Below are positions 13,014 through 26,188 of a stretch of DNA of 64,000 nt, one piece after another. Within the stretch, counting starts at the first letter, position 1. The number at the start of each line of letters is the position of its first letter. Position numbers and translations under genes: made by a program. The stretch is from Nymphaea colorata. Lineage: Eukaryota. The notes under the pieces were generated by a model. The model saw only the letters and a list, made by a program, of their open reading frames with translations. It ran no database searches and was not told where the DNA came from. Where the stretch lies: contig NC_045138.2 of assembly GCF_008831285.2 (NCBI RefSeq), positions 16,368,001 to 16,432,000 of the forward strand, read 5' to 3'.

Positions 13014-14414
13014 ACAGTTAAAGGTCTGAAGTGTGAATCTCATAGTCGTTGTCATGATCTAGTATGTTGCTCACGGTCGCAAACAACTGGTAGGTTCACC
13101 TACATCTCCAAAACAAGGTAGGTTTCCCCTAAGTAAATATTTTTAAAAAAAAAATTGGGACAAGTATGGGCAGTCGCCCTCCAAAAAGCAGCAGACAAGT
13201 GCAGTGGTTCATGTCAATTTACTGTGGGCCTGCAAACCACCAAAGTTTGGTGGGTTGGAAAGTATTCAATACTTGATTAGGTCATCGGATTGGATCCTAT
13301 TTCCATCTCTGAACACTACTTTGCAGCAAGATAACAAGCAATTGTGACATTCGGAGTCATGGCGTTCTTACAGCTTCCGACATTTACGGGCTGCCTCCAC
13401 CCAGAAAACTTCTCGGCATTATTGGAGGAAGGAAACATGATGCAATGTTCCCACTGTATTTTGGTTAGCTTTAGGAATGGCCAGTCCCGGCACTAAGCTT
13501 TGTCTCAGTATTTTGCAATAAGGTAAATCGTTCTAGTTTTATTATTAATGAAGCCAAATGATGTTACGCCACTGATTAAGAAGTTGGTAGGAGAGGTCGC
13601 AGGTGAACCTACCATATTATGCAGCCCGGTTTTTTAACTTAATGGGCTCTGTTTCCTTCGTCTTCGAGGACAATTGAACTGCCATTTCAATAAGTCGCAT
13701 TTGTCCCCTCCCTCGTGATTTCTCCTCTATATGGGATCCTGGCTTTCAAATTGCTGTCATGTTCACTGATACTGCTGTTATGTTCATTGATATGTGATCA
13801 ACATTTTCCGTTCTTTTTTCTTCATTAGGTAATGCATCCCCCTCCCACCTGCATGGGTCAACATAAGAAAGTTATTGAAATCATAAGCATTCAATTGTTT
13901 TGTGGTTGAGATGGGGAAGTTAATCCCAATAGGCAATATCGTTTTCAAGAAGTTGACAAAGTTTTCATCCTTATAATAACATTACCTTCACAGGAAAGCT
14001 AGCAGACACTTCCAGGAATAGCTTAATTGTATATAGACAAACATGGCTTATCAAGCCAGATCTTTTACTTAGAATCACAAAATTGTTTCTATACAATACG
14101 AGGGACTTGCATTCTTGGATAAGAGTAGCCATGATGAAAATACGGATAATATCCTTTAGTCAAGGTAAAGATAGGTTACCCTATGGCAGAACTGGAGGGA
14201 AATTTCAACGTCTTCCAGACAGGAGCTTGTGATCAGGTTGTTCCTCATTTGTCTATCTGGAACAGATAAAACGAGAAAAGACAATCTGAAATAATATGTA
14301 AAATTTAAAATTAGCTTTTCAAAACACAGTTTATTCAGGACTGGGATTGCCAAAAACTTAAACCCCAATATCCCCTTCCCCTAGCTCTTCTGTATCCAGC
14401 CCTACTAAAGTCTG

Positions 14415-14419
<5 letters not shown>

Positions 14420-14451
<32 letters not shown>
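14420..14451. repeat. (CT)n microsatellite
   Basis: Directly visible. Confidence 0.9.
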
Positions 14452-14454
<3 letters not shown>

Positions 14455-17400
14455 TTCTTTCTGTTGACCACTGGCAAGAAAGGAAAGTCACTTTCTTATC
14501 TCTTTGGTAATCAGACTAGTTGATTTGGTTATGCCAAGAGGTGTATCCCAGTTATTGAACCCTTGACCTTCTTCAACTTGACGGTCTTAATTCCAACTTG
14601 AAGGACATTTTGGCATGCCAAGACTATTTGCTAACTAGCCATGTGATGGCTGCAAAGTGGAAAATGATGCCTTTGGGCACTGTAAGCCAGGAATTTCAGT
14701 CCTTAACCAACTTAGATTTTTCCCATATTTCTTGCTACAGAAAACCCAATTTTGCATTCAACATGTGGAAACAAGGAATAAACATGTTCCCGCAAAAAAT
14801 CTAACTGCATAACAGGCACAATCCATTAAATTGTCTAATATAAATAATATTTGCATCTCTTTGGTTTCCAATTCCTTTTTTCTGATTTTGAGTGCTATTT
14901 TGAGTTAAAAAAGCATGGGGAATCTTAGGGACTGATTGGCGATAATTACACACTATTCATGTCTCATCAATCTGCAGATTTTTCGTAGGGCAGGAACAGT
15001 GTTTTGCTAAACAGCCCCTTGGGGCCTCGTGTCACGATTAACCTTTCTTTGTCGTTATCCATGCACGCGTAAATTGCTTTTGCTTTTCAGCATCTCTATG
15101 TAATAGTTTGTGTTTTCCCGCAAGTCATAAAAGCTTTTTCGATTGATGATCAGGATAGATTGCTGGTGGCTCATGGTAACAGTGTCAATGTAGCTGAAGG
15201 TTATTTGTCCAGTGCTTTTGTAAAAAATTGTTGACGAAAGGTCAAAGATACCGACTCGTCCTTTTTTCCTGACCTGATCATATATTTAAACGTTTGAGCT
15301 CCAGAACTTGAAAATGTTTGAACCTTTTTTAGTTTTCTAAACTTTCCATGGACATGGAGGTTTAGGAAAATGTTAGATTCACTTTGTTGAGAGATTTGGT
15401 ACATTGTCCTTCGAATAGTTTTAGTCCTTATGCAGAAAGAATTTTCAAATATCAATTTTCTTCTCCTACTCAGGTTTTAATGTGGAAATTTTTGGAGTGA
15501 AAGAACATTAGCTTCAGTCTGGGATTTTGGTGGTCCAAGCAAGCATGATCTTCCACTTAAGCTGCTTGTTACATATATGATGAAGTAAATCCATTCTATA
15601 GCGCAAAACAACTTGCCAATATTGAAAATCCAACTATAATTGTACTTCTTAATCGTCAAAGTTCATTTGTATTGTAAAAATGAGATACAGGCACACTGTC
15701 AAGTAGCTCAAAAGTCTTTGTTTTGGAGAATCTGTAATTTTTCTTCTTACCGCAAATAATAATCGCCCAATCAATAGATCTCTTTAATCCAATTCGTGTT
15801 TTGTGAGCTGTTTAACGTTAGTGCATCAGCGTCACCATTTCAATTTGTTCATTTCTGTTTTTTTGGATCAAATTTTCGTATGCGTGTTTCTGGTGCAGCT
15901 TAAAGATGCAGCGGATTTAGTTAGCCATGAAAAAATGCCATCGGCAGAGCCATAGGCCATATACCAGGTCATCAACATTGCGTTGCGTTTTTACGTTTGA
16001 AATTTCCAATGAAATCTTAGACCACAAGTTCTTGTTTTTCATCAAAATTAGGGAAGACCCTTTTCTAGTTCCACCGATCTCAGCAATTTCCGCGTCGAAA
16101 GAAATAACACAGCCATGGCCGATGCTTCCAATTTATACTCAGATGGAAAATATTGAAAACAGTCGGCTACTTCTGAGATTTGATGGTCTTTTTATTATTT
16201 ATTTTACGCACTAAAAACTTTCACAAAAGGTGTATCTCGACTGTAAAAATCATAGTCAAGTTTTGTCACAAATGCACCTTTAGTGGTTTTTAATAGCGGA
16301 AAAAAAAAACATCCGAACATAGAGTAGCCTGCTGTTTTCAATTTTATCTCAATGATGAACTTAATTACCGTCCAGTTTATAAAGGTAAATTTGTCCATCG
16401 TGGTAAGTGGTATATTCTCTAATGTGTTTCATCAATATAGAAAATAGCAAAAAGTAGTTCCTGTGAAGTTCTAGTGTTGCCCATAGAGTCATTATTCATG
16501 CACTCATAGGCCATAGCTGTCTGCATCTTTGTCATTTATCACCAGAACTAAATGCATTAAGACATGTTACATTAAGGCACGTTTGATGGCCTGGATTTTT
16601 TGAGAGGGAAGAATTTTTGCAGGTAAAAAAGCTATGGTTAAAAATTCCTTTTCGATGTAAAAACGACCTAAAAATACACCAGAAGAAGAAGAAGAAGAAG
16701 AAGAAGAAAAGAAGAAAGAACCAATGATTCAACCAAATTTAGGGAAAAGCTTGCCTTTCCATTGATTTCACACAAAGCGAAGCCTTCTAACAGCAATAAG
16801 AAGCCAAGCTTCCCGGCAAATGAAACTCACCTATCTAAGGAAAGCGTTAACCACAAGATGAAAGCCCGTGAAATGTGAAAATTTGCTGCCCACGTAAAGT
16901 CCACCATCGACGTGAGTAAAATAGGGCATGTTGATGCCCCAAACCCTTGAAGAAGGGGATATCCATGCCGGCGCAGGGGTTCAATGTCGAGAACTCGATT
17001 AGGGCATCTTTGATACGCCCAGATTAGACTGAAGGTGAGGATAATCGTGTTAACACTCACAATCATGCGCCATATATTCTAAGTCTGAAATCTTTGACGC
17101 CCACCACACCAATGGAGCTTTATGGGGAGCGACGATGTGCAGAACCGCTGCTGCTCTTTTTCAATCATCAATAATTACTGAAAGAAACCACTCGATCTAC
17201 AGTTTTTTTTCTTGGGCATCAAAAGATAAGAGCTAAGGTTGGCTGTATGGGATCAATTCGAAGCTTATGGAAGGTAGGGCTTCCCCAGGGTCTCTTTTCT
17301 CTCTTGTTTCTATATAATGATTACATATTACTACTAGCTTTACTTGATTTGGACATACATACATATTAGTACTAGCTTTACTTTATTTGGCATACATACA

Positions 17401-17823
17401 TATTAGTCCTAACGTCCGGGACACATTGTCTGATCGTCCTACAAAATCCTTCAATTAAAATAAGACAGCCCCTCGTCACATTGCAACGTCTTTGCTGTCC
17501 TTCCCCAGGCTTCTTCAGTATTCAGGGGATGGAAAATTTATTGTTTTTCAAACCAACGCCATTGGCAAATAAACCAAAGAAAGGTTGTCATTGCTAGACA
17601 GCAATTTCCAACCGGCTATTGACTGCAATGCCAGAGACTGACTCCACTGTACAGTTCTTCTTACCATTTGGAGTGAAAAAGAAAGCGGACCAGTTCTGCT
17701 CCTTTGATTCCTTATTTAAGCACCATCATCGTCTCAACAGTTAAAGATATAATTACCACCGGTCCACCGCCATTGTCCCCCTTACCATCTTGCTGTTACA
17801 ATTCGAATCAGCAGCAGGAAGTA

Positions 17824-18957
17824 ATGAAGACCAAGAGGGAGAGTTCCAGACTCCTCAAGCAAAGCTACCCCACCTCAACCCATCCTCGCGCCGATGTCTT
17901 CATCCCTCTCAGCCCCTTCGACACGGTTAGCTTCGACACCCACGTAGCCACCTTGAAGAAGGTCATCGAGCCGGGCCGGCTGGCCTTTTGACGACGACGG
18001 CCTCCGCTGACCAGGGCATGCGCTTTGTCGAAGCCACAGCTAAGTACCCTTTGGTTACCTGGACAAGCCTTCTTCCGAGTCCCCGACTACCTTGACCTGC
18101 ATCTGCCCATCACCGGCATTGAGGAGTTGGCGCAGATGCTGCTCACTAGGTTTGCCTGTGGCTCCCTTGTGGTGGGCATCACAACCCACCGCATGACCGC
18201 CGACGGGTTCTCGACCAGCCATTTCCTGGTTGCATGGGGCCGAGCCACGCGCACCTCCTCGTGGACCACCTTCCGCTTCACGACCGCACCATCTTCGTCC
18301 CGCGCAACCCTCCATTTTACCAGCTCGATCACCACGGCGTCGAATACGTCGACCGCCGAGACACCAATCGCTCGGATCCCCAGGACATCATAGTGGTGCG
18401 CAAAGCACATTGTTCTTCCGAGTTTCTAGCAAGAATCAAGTCTAAGGCCGCCGTTGACTGCCCTTGCGAAAAGCCTTCCACTACATTTGAGTGTCTGACT
18501 GCTCATGTGTGGAGGAAGACCCACCATTGCTTAGGATGGCTGTAAACGGGTGCGCTAGAATAAGCAACCCACCATTGCTGATATGGTACTTCGGCAACGT
18601 GGTGCTGTGGTCTACGCCTCAGTCCAAGGTCGAGGACCTTCTGGGGAAGGCTCATACAAGACGCAGTCGCTCGGGTGGAGGACGACTACTTTACTGGTTC
18701 ATCGATTTCTCGAGCTCCGTGGAGAAGAAAAAAGCCTTGGTGCCGAGCGGAGATGCGGAGGAGATGGTGTTGAGCACAGACATGGAGGTGGATTGCTGGC
18801 TGAGGTTCCCCTCTCTTGACTTGGATTTTGGCTCAGGACGGCCCGACTTCTTCGTGCCTTCTTATCTGCCTGTTGAAGGAAGGACTGATGTTTATCGCGC
18901 CTTCCGTCGGAAAAGAACTTGGAATCCTTCAAATATGACTTCTACTCATTGGAGTAG
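17824..18957 (+). pseudogene. Clade-IV BAHD acyltransferase pseudogene (copy 2)
   Basis: Colinear fragments in different frames: MKTKRESSRLL..LSPFDTVSFDTHV; LTRFACGSLVVGITTHRMTADG; TTFECLTAHVWR; YFGNVVLW; EVDCWLRFP..DFGSG; terminal FYSLE* (stop 18955-18957). Multiple frameshifts and internal deletions relative to copies 1 and 3. Confidence 0.92.
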
Positions 18958-20154
18958 GCGCATACAAAATATATGTGGTGCAAACACTGAACTAAATCGA
19001 ATTGACAAAAATTCAATGCTGAAGGGGCTGTTTGGGAGATAGAGTTGCATACACAGGGTTGTGCAAGCATAAGCATACATTAAAGGAAAAAATAATGGGG
19101 GTGTGCACGCATAAATCGACACCAAAAGAAACAATAATGGGAACTCGGGTGTTTTTAAACTTTTTTTATAAAAATTACATATATTTTAGATTTTTAACCT
19201 TTTATTTTAATTAAATATGAAATTTTGATTGTTACATACCAATTTTTCTATTTACAATAATAACATATTGTTATTTTTTTTGTTAATTTAATCTAAATAA
19301 TGAAACAGAAGAATCATGAGATAATAACAATATGTTACTATTGTCAAATTGACCTCTAAAGTATATATGTTACAGGATTATATGTGTCCATGCTTCACAA
19401 TCCACACATCTCATCAACTTTTTTTCTGAAACATGCGTAAGTTAAATGACTCACTGGTCAGGAAATGCTTTGAAAATAATAATCCGGCTATGAATCGTTG
19501 AACACTTTTAGACTTAAAAGACAAAACTCCGTCCTTGGATTCCCATCTGCCCGCTACTGTTTGCAATAGTTCCATGGCTTCCAAAATAGCAGACGTTTAA
19601 CATGCAGGGAACTTCTTTAATATTAAACTGGTACATACAAGAAACGAGAATCGAAGATGAAAAATGCGCCATATGCTTAACTTCAGCAAATTAAGAGAAC
19701 AGAAAGTCGACAGTCTGCAGCAGACAACGCAAGGGTGCCAATGTCGTACAAGTTCAACATTATTTGATTACTTTATAAAAATATTTCTTAAGATGAATGT
19801 ATCAGTTTCTTCTCTAATTCAAAGGCCACCATGAAAGATCTGAGGGGGGAGCTTAGAAATTAAGCTTCCGGGAAGACCACACTCTCCAGGAATTCGCCAA
19901 CCGAAGTGGCGAGCCGGCCCATTTGGTTTACCTCCTAATAGAGGAAACAATTAGAGTGGTCAAGCGACCATGAGGATCCTCAGGGCTCCTCATGCCAAGA
20001 CAATGGCAGAGGCACATGGGGGTTTGCGTGGCCAGTAGCCCACAGAGACCCACACACATATTACTTTATTATATATTAGCGCCCATAGCAGTTTGCTTAA
20101 TTAGCTACTTATTTATAAGTTTGTGACCCTCAACCATTGATTTTTCTAAAAAGT

Positions 20155-20585
20155 TTGCCAACGCATTGGATTCAAATTGGACATTTTCGAGTATTCACAT
20201 GTTCAGACTCAAATTAGGATTCAGATACAAACAAAGCAGAGATTGTATTTGAATCTGAATCCGAAATCTGATTTCATAATGTGTCCAATCTGAATCCAAT
20301 TTTTGCATTCATATATGAGTCCAAATCTGAATTTTGAGCCCAATCTGGTCGATTTTCAAAAGATAAAAGCATTAAATGTAAGATATTTATTTAAAACTAA
20401 ATCAAATCTAATATGAATATGATCAAATATTTAAGTATATCCAACTTTGAATCCGATTAGATTTCATTTCTTAAACCTAAATCCTGTACAATTTCTTAAT
20501 CGAATATCAATTTGTTTTGCATATTCGATCTTTTCAGAATGGTTTGGTCGGTATCGGATCCAAATGGGATATATTGACATTTTTA
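20155..20585. mobile_element. MITE with GGAT/ATCC motifs (copy 2, homologous to 4819-5271)
   Basis: Shared blocks such as TATTTGAATCTGAATCC, TAAGATATTT and GATATATTGACATTT. Confidence 0.6.
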
Positions 20586-21557
20586 AATTTGTCCCTTCAG
20601 GAAAAAATTAACACCCACTTAACCACCATGTATGCCTACAGACCACCCAATTACTCAGCTCACAGTAATGTTGGAAGAGCAAAAAGAGAGAGTCTAAAAC
20701 GTTACAAGTTGCAAAAAGGATGATGGAGACTTGGTAATGGTCAATTGATCAAGTTTTGCTTAGATTATTGGGATCGAACAAACCTCTCATAGAATGATAG
20801 AAATGTCCGTGCCTCAACTCATCATGTATTAGCTACATCATTGCAAGAGATTGAAATGCTAGACACACCTAAAATTTTTCATTTGCCAATTAAAAAGTGC
20901 TCTACGGAAGGCCATTGATAAGAAGAACAATGTAATTCTCTGAACACATGCTAGTTCCTACAAAATTTTCGAAAACAATATATATTTTTTCATATAACGT
21001 TTCCCATAAACGGCCGGTTTTATGAATACACACAAGGTTGCCGCATAGAAACCGAAGTAGTTCCCTTATTTCTACTAGAAATATGTGCAAGGAAGGATGA
21101 GCTCGCGGCAGGGAATGGATCAGCTGCTGGGAAGATCTTTGGCGTTCATTAAGACAACACCCTGCAGGCTAGTAACGGATGGGAGATCTGACAATACTAA
21201 TTGAAATTTTCTGACCTATAGTTCTACGTTGATCTCAAACATAGTTCAATCAAAAGTTTGCTGTAATTTTATTCGATTTGATTATTTCTTCATGGAGAGA
21301 AATATTTGATTAAGTTTGAAAGAACAAATGCATGCTCATGTTTGAGTATCGGTTTCAGCCGCTTGAACTGCACAACGAAAGGTCGCCCAATTAATGAAAA
21401 TTTTTCACGCTTAAGCATGTGTATATTGAGCATTAAGTTTATGTTTCGTAATCAAACTTTAATTAATCTTCTGTAGAACAAGTGTTTTTGTTTCTTTTAA
21501 CATATTTTTTGCTTTAAACTCAATTTTACATTTGTAACCAAACTCCAACCCAATTCT

Positions 21558-21590
<33 letters not shown>

Positions 21591-22608
21591 CTTCTAGAAG
21601 TTTTGTTAATGGTTTTTTGTTTGTTTGTTGTTGAATTTTTTTTTTCCGGCAAACTGTGGGACAAATCCCATAGAATTAAGTAGAACACGGGAAAGCTTAT
21701 TGCGTCCGACTGCAGTGCACCTTTCTACGACTGATAAGTTATCCTCATCCTTTGCGACAGCCGTCTGTACTATAAAAGTACTCGTAGAAATAATGAACCT
21801 TTTGTTATTTCGAAGCCAGTCCCGTCTTCTGGCGACTTTGCAGATTAATGCTTCTCCTCTTTAATTTATTTCAAGTCGCCTTGTACTTTTCTCTAACCAC
21901 TGCCAATCGGTGCCGCGGTCTAGTTGATGCCTAAAGACGTAGAAATGATTAATGGAAGCTGGAAACTTCTTTTGCACTTGTCTAGTTACGGTTTAATACG
22001 ATTTTAAAATTTGAAACCAGTCCATATCCAAAGCTAGATCTAAATATACATATACATATATATTAATAGAAATTTTTAGGAGTTTCACATTCGAGGGTCT
22101 GAACTTCTTCAGCAAATAAAATCCTATTTATACATCTAAAACCATATTTATTAAAGTCCGTATGTGTTCGTCTGTTTTGAAGCCAAAAAAGAAAACAAAT
22201 CTAAAGAACTTACGTCTTATTTTTTGAAATGTGAAAGACAAACTCAAAATGTGCTTCAGTTTCTTGCGGTAGAGGGAGCAAAGATTGTCAGCAAGGGTCA
22301 AGGTCTTCGGAAAAACTTGAAACGAAGCTCACTGATCTAAAAATGCAATGAGATGAGAAGTTGTTGTGCGAAAAAACTTTAAAGAATAATGCACAAAGGA
22401 AGCATGTGGATAAGGCTGACGAAGCCCACTTCTGCTTTTTCTCACGCTGTAATTGACGGCCCACAGTTTGCATCGAGCTTTTGAATGATCCTCCGAAGCC
22501 GCCACCGTCACTCTCTCCCTCCCTCAGCTATTTAAAATCCTCTAAATTCACTCTTCAGTTCACAGTAGGCTCTCCTTCTCTCTCGCACTCTCTCTGCTCA
22601 GTTCACAG

Positions 22609-22612
<4 letters not shown>

Positions 22613-22676
<64 letters not shown>
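22613..22676 (+). repeat. (CT)n microsatellite immediately upstream of BAHD copy 3
   Basis: About 32 CT units ending 17 bp before ATG 22693. Confidence 0.9.
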
Positions 22677-22677
<1 letters not shown>

Positions 22678-22692
22678 GTTGCAGGTTTGAAG

Positions 22693-24006
22693 ATGAAGAT
22701 CAAGAAGGAAAGCTCCAGGCTTGTACAGCCAATTTACGAAGGTTCCAGCTCCCCTACGGCCAATGTCTTCATGCCATTGAGCCCCTTCGACACCGTGACC
22801 TTCGATGCGCACGTAGGCTTCATCTACGTCTACAAGCCACCGAACCCACCCAACAAGCTCATCGAGCTGGGTCTGCGCCGGGTTCTCGCCGAGTACAGGG
22901 AGTGGGCCGGCCGTCTCGTCCACGACCGGGAAGGCAACCGCTGCATTCTCCTCAACGACGCCGGCGTCCGCTTCGTCGAGGCCTCGTCCGACCACCCGCT
23001 CGGCCGCATCGACCAGCCCTCCCCTCACTACCTCCAGCTGCACCCACCTCTAGAGGGCGCGGAGGAGCTGGCCCAGGTGCAGCTCACCAGGTTCTCCTGT
23101 GGCTCCCTCGTCCTCGGCCTCACCACCCACCACGTCGTCGCCGACGGCTTCTCCATCAGCAACTTCCTCGTGTCCTGGGGCAAAGCAACTCGTTCTCTCC
23201 CCATCCGTCCCCTTCCCTTCCGCGATCGATCCATCTTCCTCCCCAGAAACCCTCCAAAGTTTCAGTTCGACCACTGCGGGTGGGAATACATGAAAGCCCG
23301 CCCTTCACCCGACGTTAATGGCGGCGCTTCCGCCATGGACGTAACTGTTGCTCCCATTGTGGTTCACAAGGCGTACTTTCCTTCTCAGTTTCTGCAGCAG
23401 CTTAAGGCCAAGGCCTCGGCTCATGGCGCCGCGAAACCGTACACTACCTTTGAGAGCCTGACGGCTCATATATGGAGGTTGGTCACCCGGGTTCGCCGGC
23501 TCTGTGGGTCGGAGACGACGCAGATCAGAATCTCGGTCAATGGGCGCACCAGGATGAGCAACCCCAAGGCGCCGATGGACTACTTCGGCAACCTGGTGCT
23601 GTGGGCGTTCCCTAGGTCCAAGGCGGCCGACCTGTTGAACCAGCCGCTGAGCCACGCCGCTAGGCTCATACATGACGCCATTGCGGGCGTCAACAACGAC
23701 TATTTCAGGTCCTTCATTGACTACTCGAGCTCGAAGACGAAGATGCAGGGGCTGGTGCCGACTGCAGACATGAACAAGAAGGTGCTGTGCCCGAACTTGG
23801 AGGTAGATAGCTGGCTGAGGTTCCCTTTCTACGACGTGGATTTTGGAGGGGGATGCCCTTACGTCTTCACTCCTTCTTACTTCCCTGAGGAAGGGATGAT
23901 CTTCATCGTGCCATCGATCATGGGGAACGGAGATATCGATGCCTTCGTTCCGCTGTTTCAAGAAGATGTAGATGGCTTTCGAAGAATATGTTATTCGTTA
24001 GACTAA
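22693..24006 (+). CDS. ACT: BAHD acyltransferase, clade IV, agmatine coumaroyltransferase-like (copy 3); intronless, 437 aa
   Basis: ATG 22693 MKIKKESSRL; HVVAD catalytic motif; clade-IV motifs VLWAFP and EVDSWL intact; DFGGG; ends CYSLD. Confidence 0.95.
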   Translation: MKIKKESSRLVQPIYEGSSSPTANVFMPLSPFDTVTFDAHVGFIYVYKPPNPPNKLIELGLRRVLAEYREWAGRLVHDREGNRCILLNDAGVRFVEASSDHPLGRIDQPSPHYLQLHPPLEGAEELAQVQLTRFSCGSLVLGLTTHHVVADGFSISNFLVSWGKATRSLPIRPLPFRDRSIFLPRNPPKFQFDHCGWEYMKARPSPDVNGGASAMDVTVAPIVVHKAYFPSQFLQQLKAKASAHGAAKPYTTFESLTAHIWRLVTRVRRLCGSETTQIRISVNGRTRMSNPKAPMDYFGNLVLWAFPRSKAADLLNQPLSHAARLIHDAIAGVNNDYFRSFIDYSSSKTKMQGLVPTADMNKKVLCPNLEVDSWLRFPFYDVDFGGGCPYVFTPSYFPEEGMIFIVPSIMGNGDIDAFVPLFQEDVDGFRRICYSLD

Positions 24007-25334
24007 ACAAAGTATATGTTTGTTACAAAGCTAGTTTTCTATGTCAAAATAAATAACGATTTTGTAACGAGGACGCGTGCTCTGTAAGTAGGCACAATTT
24101 TGAAGTGCAACTTGCTGGTGCATTGTATTTCTTTATGAAGTCAATAAGCGTGAGTTGATGCCGACAAAAAGTTGAGATCGCAGTTTCGCTTTCACGGAAA
24201 TTTTTTCTACTCACTTCTTTTTCTTCTCCTTGTTCTTTTGTTTAATCAATAAGGCGTGACTACAATGTAAGTCACTTCAATCTGATCGATTGATGTCTCA
24301 CTTCTGATCCGGTCCTCAACCCTTAAGCAACTCTCTCGAACATATATAATAGAAGCACTTCTATCTATAGAATCGTCAGCCTGGATAATTCCCATTCTGC
24401 CTAGTGTATAAAGGTTTGATAGCTACTTGTTTTCTATTATATAATGGTTTGGAAGCAACCAGGTTTGATAGCTACTTATTTTCGAGTATATAATGGTTTG
24501 AAAGATACCTGTTTTCATATATATATATATATATATATATATGCCAATTTAATTTTTTATACAATTTGGATTAACTAAATTTATTTTTCTTAATTCCACT
24601 ATTTGTATAATTTTCCAAGCATTCCATGACATTAATCTTGGTGCATAATTTTGGAACTATGTTTCCATCAAGATTAGTCATTTGAATTTTGTTTTTTAAC
24701 ATTATGGGTACGTATATAATAGTCTGATTTTAATTGCCTTAACTATATATGCTCTATTGGCTTCACTTTATTCATTATCTTGGTGCATAATTTTGCAACT
24801 ATGTTGTTGTCAAGGTTGTCTAATTTGAATTTTCGTTTTTAATATTATGCGTACATTTATAATAGAGTTCTTTGCGATCCAATTTTCTGATTTTCGTCGC
24901 CGTAGCTATGTTGGATTAGTTTCATTTTTTATTTATTAGTATGTCCCATTAACAAAAGAAAGTTCTTTTTAAGGTTGACAAGTTAACCTTGCCAAGGAAA
25001 AATTTTCTAAATAAGAAATGCTTCTACATTTCAAAACATTATTTATTGGAATAGGTGATAAGTGATCACCAAGGTGGTGGAGGGGCTGCCTGTGCGTGCC
25101 TGCACCTTTTTGTCTTCTTCTAAACTATGACCAAATAACGGCGAGCCAGGGACCCACCGACGCGGTGGCACCACCAATGGTGTGAGCAGTGACGAGAGCA
25201 AACCGGGCCCACGATGTCCGACGCGGAGTAGCTTACCTGGAAGCACGTTCCCGGCCTTCGGTTCGGGGTTCGGGTTACCCGACCCGTATCTGAAAGTAAT
25301 AACACAAGATTCAAGATTCCTTTTTCCCTCATGT

Positions 25335-26188
25335 TCCATTTGATAGCCGGGGTAAAATAAGAGGGGAGGGAAAAAAATGATACTGACAGGTGAAATGCCG
25401 AACGGGTGAAATTTCACCTGCTCGAAATGCTTTGTGACTTTCGCATATCGAAACAAATTCCTCCCTCTGCATGTAATGTAGGAAGAAGAATTCAACAAGG
25501 GCAACAGAGTGGTTGGTGTTCTATGGTCAAACAAGAGAGACAGTGGCCTCTGGTTTGCATCGGCAGAGTGGAGGGAATGCCAGCTCGGCATCCAAATGTT
25601 GCCAATTACAGAGATGTTGTACAGTAGTGCTGATTTTGTGAAGCAATTGGTGAACTGGGTCGTGCATGTTTTGGGCAGGGATGGTGTTGGTGAAGGGTGG
25701 AAGGGATTTGCATATGCCATGAATGCTATCTATGACAAAGAGAGCGCGCTGCAGGACCAACTTGTTATGGTGGGCTTACAGTAAAAGGGATGGGGATGAC
25801 TCTGGGTGGAAGTGTTGTTGGTTTAGTCATGGCCATTGAAGGTGCAAGGGTGAAAGATGATATGTCGATGCATTCTTCCATGGCTTCTTGCATTGAAAAT
25901 GGCTTTAATTTAATTTTTAGCATTTGGTTGTGGTGTGTCTTATAAATACTTGAGGAAATAAAACCATTACATGTTCTTTTCTATATATGCCAATAGCCGT
26001 GTGATCTACACATATAGGTGAAAGGCAACTGCCAACTATTGTTGTTTTCTGAATGGTAGGTTTAAGTTTGTGCATCAAACAGGGTCTTAGATTAAAAGGA
26101 GGAGAAATTTCATCTTGTAATTTTTTTCAAAAAAATTTATCATGGTAAATTTACCACGTTAAATTTCACCCGACAATCAAACAAGCCC
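25335..26188. mobile_element. Possible Tourist/Harbinger-like element enclosing the GH81 fragment
   Basis: Right end ATTTCACCCGACAATCAAACAAGCCC followed by TAA; left end CATTTGATAGCCGGGGTAAAAT is an imperfect inverse; GGGTGAAATTT motifs near both ends; left TSD not found. Confidence 0.4.
25476..25839 (+). pseudogene. C-terminal fragment of a glycoside hydrolase family 81 endo-1,3-beta-glucanase / beta-glucan-binding protein
   Basis: M*EEEFNKGNRVVGVLWSNKRDSGLWFASAEWRECQLGIQMLP..GVGEGWKGFAYA..YDKESAL, then after a deletion/frameshift TNLLWWAYSKR..CCWFSHGH*. This matches the plant GH81 C-terminus as I recall it. No N-terminal part is present upstream. Confidence 0.85.

Noticed and set aside
13200..14800. 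Exon-like segments with splice-like borders between BAHD copies 1 and 2
   Set aside because: All frames are interrupted and I recognise no protein family; BLASTX would be needed.
24410..24865. Short local duplications (also 3684-3737, 6103-6147, 32220-32480)
   Set aside because: Ordinary slippage or repair duplications with no further structure.
25043..25720. 225-aa minus-strand ORF
   Set aside because: Largely antisense to the GH81 fragment and crossing unrelated flanking DNA; no recognisable domain.
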